From NCBI GenBank assembly GCA_964621445.1, contig CAZUNO010000019.1, positions 1 through 41,418 on the forward strand: a stretch of DNA of 41,418 nucleotides. Direction: 5' to 3'. This document shows positions 27,251-36,600 of this stretch, one piece after another; the first letter of the stretch is position 1, and each line of letters opens with the position of its first letter. Under the pieces are notes generated by a model, which did no database searches, was not told the DNA's origin, and worked only from the letters and a program-made list of their open reading frames with translations. A program made the position numbers and the translations under genes. This DNA is from Candidatus Hadarchaeota archaeon. Lineage in GTDB: Archaea; CAYQAE01; CAYVLA01.

Positions 27251-28087
27251 CTATATTCCATCCTTCACTGGGGGTTCCGAGCCATAATAGACGACGAATA
27301 TTAGCCAGGCCATGAAGAATCCAAATCCAATCGTGGTGTGGTAATCTACCGCGATCTGGCCCCATGCAATAACCGCGAATACCACGGCCACCAGGCGCAG
27401 CACACTTGCCGCATAGAAGCCGGCGAATGATGCCAGTACCCATATAGTCCTATCCTTGATTCCTCTACCTGATTCGATTATTGGGACCGCGGATATGAAT
27501 CCAAATGCAAGTATACCCTTGATCCCGGTGCAACCGTAGTCGATGAGCAGTCGGGCGGACTCCCTGTCGGGGAGGATTAGTTTTGGGCCCTGGGTAGTGA
27601 CCTCGCTTCCCAGAATTCTGCAAAGAAATGCCACCAATCCGGCGAGGGCAACATCGTAGCCAAGCCAGTCCACAAGTGCACGTTCTATTGAGTACCCGAA
27701 ACCGATGAAGGCGAAGAACGCGCCTGGAACCCAGAATTTCTGGAGAGAGCGGTAACCAAAGAGGGCAATGCACAGCCCAACGAAGACCACCAGCATATCG
27801 AAAATGCCGAAAATCCTCTCCGATGGTGTTTGAAGGAGGTCCCGGGCCATAACGGCTATGACCAAAGCCAGGCCTGCTACTACCTCCCACCCAGCCGGCT
27901 TTGTTTTCAGCGCACGGTCCTTATTTAGCTCGGACCATTGAAATGACATCCATATTACCAGGGTCAGTGGAATGACCCAGAAGTAGGTCCTGGTGGTGTG
28001 AAGAACATAGTAGGTGAAGGGGTTGACTATCATAAGGGTGAATAGAATCGGAAGTAAATGAAGACGATTTATCTGGTTGAGCCTCAT
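27251..28087 (-). CDS. exosortase/archaeosortase family transpeptidase
   Basis: About 8 TM. LLIDYGCTGI (Cys), ASVLRLV (Arg) and DYHTTIG (His) appear in the order typical of the family. Confidence 0.85.
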   Translation of the reverse strand: MRLNQINRLHLLPILFTLMIVNPFTYYVLHTTRTYFWVIPLTLVIWMSFQWSELNKDRALKTKPAGWEVVAGLALVIAVMARDLLQTPSERIFGIFDMLVVFVGLCIALFGYRSLQKFWVPGAFFAFIGFGYSIERALVDWLGYDVALAGLVAFLCRILGSEVTTQGPKLILPDRESARLLIDYGCTGIKGILAFGFISAVPIIESGRGIKDRTIWVLASFAGFYAASVLRLVAVVFAVIAWGQIAVDYHTTIGFGFFMAWLIFVVYYGSEPPVKDGI

Positions 28088-28196
28088 CGGACATCATCGG
28101 TCTAAGGAAACTGCTAGTTGGTGTTCTTGGAGGGGGGTCATCTAAAAAGTTGGTCCTCTCCTACCCTATGATGGTTACGAACGAGTTTGATACCGG

Positions 28197-29606
28197 TTAA
28201 TCCGATCGCACCCATATGGGGCTGGACCAGGCTATATCCCCGTCAAACTGGGTCGCCCGAACGTAGTATGAGCTTTCTTTCTCGAAGTCCTGGTCATGCC
28301 AGGTCATTTGGAACTTGTCCTTCTGCGAATTGAACCCTGTCTCGCCCCGGTAGCGGTCAAACCTCTCCACCGTTTCGCCGTTCTTCACTATCTCAACCTC
28401 GATAAGGGGGCCGTGGGTGCAGGCCACAAGTATGTTCAGGTCCACCTGCTTGGACTCAACATCCGATCCCATGGGCTGGCCCTCAATTTCGGTCCACAGA
28501 AGGATCTCCTCCAGGGTTGTCGCGTAACACCGCCGGGAACGCAGGGCATTGAAAAGGGATTCGGTGGTAAGCTGGGGAGCGAATATCGCCGCAACCCCAC
28601 CGGGATATGGAAAGAGCTGCTTTCCTCCCCACTGGGGGTAGGCCATGGGCACAGGGCCTCCCGGGGTCGTGCAGTGGCTGTCCGAACCCCCGATCACGCC
28701 CAGGGGGAAGCCATGTTTCAGGGCATATCTGTAGTAGTGGCTCTTCTCGGGATGTCTGCCCTCGATGGTGGGCCGGGAGCTGCAGTATTCCTCGGATGAT
28801 CCCCATTGGGAATATATCTCCATAACCGGTTCCACATCCAGTCCCCCGAAATGGCTCTTAGAGAAGTCCCTTCCCCTAACGGCGCGGCTGGTGTGGTGGC
28901 ATATGGCGAGTGCATCCCTGTCCCTGGCGAAATCAAACATTGAATCCAGGCTGCCCCCATCCTCGGTCTTGAAGCTCATGTAGTCCCCGGAAAAGCCGGG
29001 AAAATAGAGGTTGAAGTGTCCCCCGTCCTCACCGTCATAATCCCCCTCGAAACCCAGTACTGGATTGAAGTCCCCGGGGCGGTGCCAGCGCTTGGTAGAG
29101 CACTTTATCTCCGACCAGCCATCATCATCCATCTTGCTGCCGTGATCGGCCATGGCACAGAAGTCATGTCCAAGTATATCGCTGGCAAACCAGTAGCCGT
29201 AATCGGGACTCTTGGGCAGATATGGAATGCCACATCTTCCCAGTTTGCTATGCACATGGAGATCTCCCCAATAGAGGCGATAATCGGGATCGGGCCTGGC
29301 CCATATGGGGTGACATCTCCCGGACGGGTAGTGCCCGCCGGGTCGGGAAACCTTGAATCTGGCAATGGAGGTCTGGGGAACCGAACAGTCGGATATGACC
29401 AGGGTCCCACCATGGTGGCTCTGGAACTTCAACTCCTCGGGGAGTCCATGGATCCCTGAGTTATCGCTTACCTCCAGGACCCCCTGAAAGTCCTGGGCTG
29501 GATATCCGTCGACCCCGAGAATCGATGCCCTTATGTCAAATTTTTCACCTGGTTCCACTATGGAAGGCGCTGATATCCAGGCCCTGGTTGGTTCTTTGTA
29601 GGTCAT
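28197..29606 (-). CDS. PHP-fold metallohydrolase (DUF3604 / CehA-McbA-like)
   Basis: LYWGDLHVHS, DFCAMADH, GHFN, EIYSQWG, GGSDSH, YYVRATQ.DG..AWSSPIWV. Alternative ATG at 29666. Confidence 0.82.
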   Translation of the reverse strand: MTYKEPTRAWISAPSIVEPGEKFDIRASILGVDGYPAQDFQGVLEVSDNSGIHGLPEELKFQSHHGGTLVISDCSVPQTSIARFKVSRPGGHYPSGRCHPIWARPDPDYRLYWGDLHVHSKLGRCGIPYLPKSPDYGYWFASDILGHDFCAMADHGSKMDDDGWSEIKCSTKRWHRPGDFNPVLGFEGDYDGEDGGHFNLYFPGFSGDYMSFKTEDGGSLDSMFDFARDRDALAICHHTSRAVRGRDFSKSHFGGLDVEPVMEIYSQWGSSEEYCSSRPTIEGRHPEKSHYYRYALKHGFPLGVIGGSDSHCTTPGGPVPMAYPQWGGKQLFPYPGGVAAIFAPQLTTESLFNALRSRRCYATTLEEILLWTEIEGQPMGSDVESKQVDLNILVACTHGPLIEVEIVKNGETVERFDRYRGETGFNSQKDKFQMTWHDQDFEKESSYYVRATQFDGDIAWSSPIWVRSD

Positions 29607-29616
29607 TTGTAGGTCA
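29595..29616. repeat. 11-bp tandem duplication spanning the probable start codon
   Basis: TTTGTAGGTCA repeated twice exactly (29595-29605 and 29606-29616). Confidence 0.9.
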
Positions 29617-29685
29617 GATTTTGGAAATTTATTCGACAAGATGGCCACGGGCACGATCTCATACATACCCTTTATTCTGTTTCGT

Positions 29686-31140
29686 CTAAAGGCATATCCA
29701 GAAGAACTCCACGTACTCCGGGGAATTAAGAACCCTGGAACCGGGAGGCAGGTGGATATGGTTACCGGAGAATCGCCTGAACTTCATGTCCCCCGCCTCG
29801 TATACGTATCCGCAGCGATCATATGCCCTCTCCGAGTCTATGCGCTCTACCCAGTAGTCCTTGACTATCTCGGCGCTACCTATGCTTTCATACCACTTGA
29901 GATCGTATGTTATCTTTCCCTGGTCGGCTAGGGACATAATGACGTCAAGCGCGGTGATAACACCGGTCTGGAAAACGTCGTCCCGGGTGTTATGGGCCTG
30001 TACCTCGACGTTTTTGAAATCAAGCCTGAATTCCCGACTTCTTATCATGACCCTCGGCACAATCACCTTTTCGGAATTGACATGAAACCTCTGGACCTCC
30101 TCTCGCCAGGTGGAGTATATGGATTCCAGTCTAAGGGGGTCCTCCCTCTCGAAGACCAGGGTTGTTCCGTCCTTCCAAGGATAGTGGTCGGGCCTGAACG
30201 CGCTTCTCTCAGGCCAACCTCCGCTGTAGTAGATCTGATACCACCAGTTGGGCTTCCCGTCTATCCTGTCGATGATGTTTGAGTTTAGGTCCTGGTCATA
30301 GTGGTAATCAAGGGTGATTTCTTCCTGGCCGTCAAGGTGGACCAGAATATCCATGATGGAAAAATATCCGGGGCGAAAGATGTCCGGTCTAATCGTCTCG
30401 ACCTGGGCAGGATCGAAGGAGTAGCTTTGACCTTCGATCTTGAGGTTACCCTCCAGCGATGGCATGGTTGACCCGTTCGGAAACCCGTGGCCGTCTCCGG
30501 GGTCGGGGTCCTTATCTTTCCCATCTTCTCCCGATAGCAAACTGCCAAGACCCACAAATGCGGCCAGGGTTGCGGTTCCTATTAGGGCCAGGTAGGAAAT
30601 AAATTTCCTTCTGGTATCCCTGCCCTCTCCGTTTTCAGGGCTGGTTTCCTGTTCCTTACGTCTCTTGGAGGACCCTCGCGCCCTCCTGAAGGCCATGAAC
30701 CCGCCAAAGAAGATGTGTACAAGGAATATCAGCAGAAATATTGGGTCATATTTCAGGTGTTCGTTAAAGGGGATGGAGAAGATGCCGAACCAGCTGAGAC
30801 CGGAGAGTATTAGAACCAAACTCAGTATGGCCAGGGGCCAACAGGTAAGTCTCAGACCAAGCCTCAGTGAAGATGCAAGCCTGGCCCGGCCATTTCTAAT
30901 GCGTTCCAGCATGGATCGCCATCGAAATGGCAGGAGAAAAAAGCCGACCAGGAGGTGATAGCCCAGGAGGGAGATGAATATCCACTCGGTAGCGATGTGT
31001 AGCCACCTAAGATACCTCCGAGGGATGAAATCATCACTCTGCCCGTAGCCGGTGACCAGAAGCAGGATGGTGAAGGCCACCAGTAGCCAGGCTAGTTTTC
31101 TGTTAAGGCGGACCAGCCGGGATATTACTTCCCTGCGCAC
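29686..31140 (-). CDS. membrane protein: 4-TM cytochrome-b-like domain + internal twin-arginine TM + extracytoplasmic tandem-repeat domain
   Basis: H-x13-H on TM2 and TM4, then DTRRKFI followed by a TM. Start set at GTG 31140, about 25 nt after a TTTTTAT box. The track's longer N-terminus overlaps the divergent gene. Confidence 0.75.
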   Translation of the reverse strand: MRREVISRLVRLNRKLAWLLVAFTILLLVTGYGQSDDFIPRRYLRWLHIATEWIFISLLGYHLLVGFFLLPFRWRSMLERIRNGRARLASSLRLGLRLTCWPLAILSLVLILSGLSWFGIFSIPFNEHLKYDPIFLLIFLVHIFFGGFMAFRRARGSSKRRKEQETSPENGEGRDTRRKFISYLALIGTATLAAFVGLGSLLSGEDGKDKDPDPGDGHGFPNGSTMPSLEGNLKIEGQSYSFDPAQVETIRPDIFRPGYFSIMDILVHLDGQEEITLDYHYDQDLNSNIIDRIDGKPNWWYQIYYSGGWPERSAFRPDHYPWKDGTTLVFEREDPLRLESIYSTWREEVQRFHVNSEKVIVPRVMIRSREFRLDFKNVEVQAHNTRDDVFQTGVITALDVIMSLADQGKITYDLKWYESIGSAEIVKDYWVERIDSERAYDRCGYVYEAGDMKFRRFSGNHIHLPPGSRVLNSPEYVEFFWICL

Positions 31141-31258
31141 GGGACTGGAGCGACTGGGGCGATAAAAAACTGATCGGGGAACCGTTCGCATGTCGGCGGT
31201 TGACGGTCCACAGATCACCCTGCGAGAGAAATAAAAGAGGCACTCCTGAAACTCGTTA

Positions 31259-33652
31259 GTGATTATCGTGGGTTTTAGTCGTCGCCTTGTCTTAGTGGCC
31301 TTCCTGTCCCTGGCCTGTATAGGGAGTGTAGGGGCCGAGGAGACGTTAATGGTGCACATGAGGGATGGGACCCGGTTGGCGACGGATGTTTACCTCCCTA
31401 AAGGAGAGGGGCCCTGGCCGGTGATCCTGTCCCGAACTCCATATGGAAGATTCAGGATCGATGAAATAACCGGGGCTGGTTATGCCGTGGTTACCCAGGA
31501 CTGGAGGGGTTACGGCCTATCGGAAGGGGAGAAGATTCCTTTTGAGGCCGAGGGATGGGGAGAATTCAGGGACGGATATGACACTGTGGAGTGGATTGCC
31601 GAACAGGAGTGGTGCAATGGATTTATCGGTACCTGGGGAGGGTCGGCGCTGGGAATTGCCCAGAACCTGATGGCAGGGAGCTACCCTCCCCAGCTGGTGT
31701 GCCAGCACATACTAGCCGCTGCCTGGGATATGTACCCAGACATGTTCTTCCAGGGCGGGGTGCTCAGGAAATCACTGGTGGAGACCTGGTGGTTGGTCCA
31801 CGGTAATCAGTCCCATCTCCAGCAACTACTTTCCCATCCCGACTACGATGATCGATGGGAACTACTGAACTGTAGTCGGAGGGTGGAGAACATGACCTAT
31901 CCGGCCATGCATATCGGAGGTTGGTACGACATATTCTCCCAGGGAACCATCGATGCATTCGTGGAAAGGCAGAACCGGGGAGGGAACGGTTCGGCGGGGA
32001 ACCAGAAACTGGTAATGGGTCCCTGGTGGCATGGAGGTCTGGGAAAAATGACCCAGGGTGAGCTCACCTTTCCTGAGAATGCTCGGTATCCCGATCTGTG
32101 GCCCGATACCATACAGTTCTTCGACCTGTGGATGAAGGGGGAGGATTCGGGATTTGATATGGGGCCCGCAATTCGTTACTATGTTATGGGGGACGTTGAC
32201 GATCCACGGGCACCCGGAAATGAATGGCGAACCGCGGATAGCTGGCCTCCACCCAACGAGGAGACGTCACTATACATCTCGGGGAACGATCTGCAAAGGG
32301 ACCCGGGAAAGGATCTGTCCACGAGCTACCAGTATGACCCGAATGACCCTGTTTCCACCCTGGGGGGCGCCAATCTGGTGATACCTGCTGGTCCCATGGA
32401 CCAGTCCTCCCTTGAGGGTCGGAGCGACGTGCTGGCATTCTCCACCCAACCACTCACGGTCCCTGTGGAGATTTCGGGGAGGATACGTTTTCGGCTATTC
32501 GCTTCCTCCTCCTGCAAGGACACGGATTTCGTGGTCAAGCTGACCGATATCTATCCTGACGGCAGGTCCATGTTAATCACCGACGGTGCAATAAGGGGCT
32601 CTCATCGACTTTCCATGAGCCGATCCGACCCCCTGGTCCCGGGAGAGATCCGTGAGTTCTGGATAGATCTGTGGTCGACGAGCATTATCCTGGACCGGGG
32701 ACATCGTATAGGAGTCCAGATATCTTCAAGCAACTCTCCCAGATTTCAGCCAAATACCAATACGATTGGCCTGGATGGAGATAAAATGATAGCAAATAAC
32801 ACCATATTCATCGGGAACTCCAATCCGTCATGCATAATACTGCCCATCGCTGGTCCTGACTCCGATGGTGATGGTATGTATGACTACCTGGACTCCCTGC
32901 CTGAAACGGCCGGGCCCTCACCGTCGGATTCTGAGCTGTTGGATCTGATGGAGGATGTGAGGAAAGAGGTTGATTCTCTGGATGGGGGAAGGGTTCGAGA
33001 ACTCTTGGAATATTCCTTGGAGGTTGCAAACCGGGCCCTGAACCGGGGTGATTCGATTCGTGCCGGCCACCTTATGGAGCTGGTTGAGGAAGGGGTGGGC
33101 CATACCCACGGGAATCTTAGCAATGAGGGCATATCGATCTACAGCCAATCACTTTACCATGCCCAAGAGAAGGCAAACCGGTCGAATTTTGCGGAGATGG
33201 TGAGCTGTATTCGCGCTGGATGGATCCTGGCGGGAATAAATGAAGAGCTGAGGGATACGAATGCCAAACAGGTGCTTTCCGGCCTGATCCTGGAAGCCGT
33301 AAATGAGATGGACAAGGAGGGCTGCGGGTCCGCCACATTGATAGAGGAGTGGGTGGTTGATCCCCATATCCGGGCAATAGCTTCTGGTATTCATTCGGCC
33401 AGGGAGAGGGAAATTCCGGAGGGTGAGCTGGGCCTGGTAGAGGATATGTTCTTCTCTGCCCTGGAGAAACACGTCCAGATGAGGAGCGAAAGCTCGGATG
33501 TGATTCTCCGACAGGTAGAGAACCGTCTTAGGAACATGGGAATTGAGATTGGAGAGCTAGACCCGGTTTCGATGGTTCTAATCCTTCTATTGGCCATAGC
33601 GGTAATGTATGAAACCGGACCTACCAGTGCCGTTCAAAAAGGGAATAAATAA
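31259..33652 (+). CDS. secreted CocE/NonD (peptidase S15) hydrolase with helical extension and C-terminal TM
   Basis: Signal peptide, MRDGTRLATDVYLP, RTPYG, QDWRG..SEG, GTWGGSALG (Ser), GGWYDIF (Asp), GPWWHG (His), PepX-like C domain, DSDGDG motif. Confidence 0.9.
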   Translation: MIIVGFSRRLVLVAFLSLACIGSVGAEETLMVHMRDGTRLATDVYLPKGEGPWPVILSRTPYGRFRIDEITGAGYAVVTQDWRGYGLSEGEKIPFEAEGWGEFRDGYDTVEWIAEQEWCNGFIGTWGGSALGIAQNLMAGSYPPQLVCQHILAAAWDMYPDMFFQGGVLRKSLVETWWLVHGNQSHLQQLLSHPDYDDRWELLNCSRRVENMTYPAMHIGGWYDIFSQGTIDAFVERQNRGGNGSAGNQKLVMGPWWHGGLGKMTQGELTFPENARYPDLWPDTIQFFDLWMKGEDSGFDMGPAIRYYVMGDVDDPRAPGNEWRTADSWPPPNEETSLYISGNDLQRDPGKDLSTSYQYDPNDPVSTLGGANLVIPAGPMDQSSLEGRSDVLAFSTQPLTVPVEISGRIRFRLFASSSCKDTDFVVKLTDIYPDGRSMLITDGAIRGSHRLSMSRSDPLVPGEIREFWIDLWSTSIILDRGHRIGVQISSSNSPRFQPNTNTIGLDGDKMIANNTIFIGNSNPSCIILPIAGPDSDGDGMYDYLDSLPETAGPSPSDSELLDLMEDVRKEVDSLDGGRVRELLEYSLEVANRALNRGDSIRAGHLMELVEEGVGHTHGNLSNEGISIYSQSLYHAQEKANRSNFAEMVSCIRAGWILAGINEELRDTNAKQVLSGLILEAVNEMDKEGCGSATLIEEWVVDPHIRAIASGIHSAREREIPEGELGLVEDMFFSALEKHVQMRSESSDVILRQVENRLRNMGIEIGELDPVSMVLILLLAIAVMYETGPTSAVQKGNK

Positions 33653-33676
33653 GAACCCTGACTCTTCCTTGCTGGG

Positions 33677-36600
33677 ATGAAAGGAGGACGATTGGGCTCT
33701 GGATTATGGCTATGTCAGTGCTGTATCCTTCTGGGGCTTCTCGTCCTGGGATTTAATTCGGCCTATTGCCTCCCCGACCTGGTTATTGATGAAATAGACG
33801 TGGAGCCGGGAATCCCGGTCGAGGGCCACCAAGCCACCCTGATGGCGACGGTTAGAAATGCGGGAACCACAAAGACCGGTAGTGGTTTTACCTGCCAGTT
33901 CAATATTGATGGACAGTTTCTTGGCAGCGTTCAGATGGGGGTCCTGGCCCCTGGAGAAACCAGCATGGCCAGCACAAAATGGGTGCCGTCCCTTGGTTCA
34001 CCGGTGGTAGGCTTCTTCGCCGATATTAATCAGGCCATAGGCGAGATCGATGAGGGAAATAACTACGGACAGAAAACATTGGTCGTGGAGGGCGAGAACC
34101 CCGATCTAGTGGTGGAATCCATTAGATGGACTCCCGCCGAGCCTTCCCGGGGAGAGACGATAGAGGTAAAGGTGGTAATTAAGAACGCGGGTTATAGGCA
34201 GGTTACCTCCACATTTCAGGGCCGATTGGTAATAGATGGTGTACCCCGACCGATTAACATCTTTTCTCCTCCCCTGGCCGTTGGTGAAACCAGGGAGGTC
34301 AGGACTGACTGGGTGCCCACCAGGTCCGGTGTCCACAAGTTGGAGTACAGGGTTGATCTTTCATATGATGTCAGCGAGATATCCGACCAGAATAACCATG
34401 CACACGAATTCGTGAACGTAACCGATCCTGCATATCCTGACCTCTATGTCAAGGAGGTAAACTGGACCCCGCTCCATGCGATAAATGGATCCGTCGTGGA
34501 GGTGAACATAACAGTGGCCAATGGTGGAAACAGCACCGCCGAGGCGCCGTTCACTGGAATCTTGAGTTCCTACTCGGGGGAGGTATCCACCGTGGAATAT
34601 AATTCGAGCATCGGTCCAAACCAAACATACACAGTTGCTCTAGCTTTTTTGGCCTGCATTCAGGAGTTCTCCCAGATGTCCTTTTTCGTGGACCCTGAAT
34701 TCGTTGTCGATGAATGGGACACGGGGAATAATGGGTATTTATTTGACCTCCTAGTTTTCGAGCCCTCGAGCCTGCCCGACCTAATGATTACCGATGTGTG
34801 GGTCCATGGGCCCAATCTCCGCTTTCAGGTGATGAACAGGGGTAATCAAACCGCTCCTGAATTCCAGGTTGGCCTGGAGCTGGAGGGTCAATACACATCA
34901 AACACCGAGATAGGGGAACTCGCACCAGGAGATAGGTGCTACGGCACCTTCCAGGGCCTTTTTGATTGTCAGGGGAAGTCCACTGAGGTGTCCGTTCTAG
35001 CGGATTCGAGGTCAGTTGTTCCCGAGTTAGACGAATCAAATAACCGCCGGACCGAGAACTGGAAATGCGACACCGATCCGCCCAGGATACTCGGTTCTCC
35101 TGGTTTTCAGCTGAACCCTACCTCGACCAGGATAACCTGGACCACGGACGAGAAGTCCGACAGCACCGTGGTCATGGATGAAAAGATCCCCTTGGGTTCA
35201 ATCAGTAAGTCAAATTCCTCCTTGGTGACGGAGCACTCGATCCAGGTGAAGGGCCTGAACCCATCCACGGTCTATGCCTTCTACGTGGAGTCATCGGACG
35301 ATGCCGGCAACAGTGTGAGAAGCGAGACCTTTACCCTAATCACCCCGCCCACATACGACTCATCCCCGCCCAAGATACACGGTTATCACAAAACTGAAGC
35401 CGGAGGTCACCCCCTGTTCAGGTTAAACGCATCCGATGATTCGGGGATCAGGAGGGTGGAATTCCGGGCAAATGGGGCCCTGCTGGGTACCGATTACTCC
35501 TCCCCATACGAAATACCTCTCGATGAGGAGGAATCAACTGAGGGAATGATGAATATTACGGCAACTGTATTCGATCTATTTGGAAACTCAAGGGAAATGA
35601 AGATGAGCATTGAGGTAGGCAATTTTCTGCCCCGGGACGGGAGCCCCTTGATAGTCATCCTAAACCCACGGGAGGGGGACACGGTCTCCGGTGAGCTGGA
35701 AGTCAGGGTACTTGCAAATGACCCCGATGGGTTCGACTTCCTGGAGATATTTTTTGACTCCGATGCCATATTCAGGGTGTCGGGGACCCCTACGACGCTG
35801 ATCGGATTTGAAGGGGCAACACCAGAAATCGAAAAGGGGGACCTGGAAGCCGAGGATTCCTTCAACATAACCTACCGCCTGGACACCCTGGCATGGGACA
35901 ATGGTCCTCATACTCTGCGAGTGGCCGGAAGCGATATCTACGGCAATTCCACTGAATGGATAATTAACTTGACCGTTTTCAACCCGGTTCCCAGGAGGCA
36001 CCCGGAACTTATTTTCTCCAGGCCCGACCAGGAGTTGATATCAAGGCCCGGCATGGGACCGGTCGCTGGTCTGGTGGCCGTGTTAGAGGTCAGAAATGCC
36101 GGAGAGGCTCCGGCCATAAACGTAACCATCGAGGACACGCTTCATGGATTCTACCCCACGGGATCATTTTATACGATCCCTGCATCGGATGCCGCCTTTT
36201 CAACCAGATTGTACCGGTCAATCGGGATTGGGGCGGCGGTTATGAAGTTCCCGGAGATCCCGGCCGGCCAGTCGATCATCATAAAGTACGCCGTAATACC
36301 AATCCTGAGGGAGGGATCCGGAGATCACAGGAACATAGGGGCATCGGTGATAATCGATTACAATGGCAGCCAGGGCGATACCTACTCGGAGATAATATGC
36401 CTGACCGCGGCATCTGTCACGGTGGAGATGGAGTCGCCTCCATTTCACTGGTCCAGGGGAGAGATGATAGATCTTGAGGATGCGGTCGAGTCCTGCATCC
36501 ATACGTCCGATTATCTAATAGTCACCTGCCCACCAAACCTGTTTTTTGCCGGGGGGACCGATGAGGACCACTCGAAGTTGATGGAGTCCATGTCCAGGCT

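Noticed and set aside
31141-31359. N-terminal extension of ORF 29686-31359 overlapping the CocE gene
   Set aside because: It spans the divergent promoter region. GTG 31140 is better supported.
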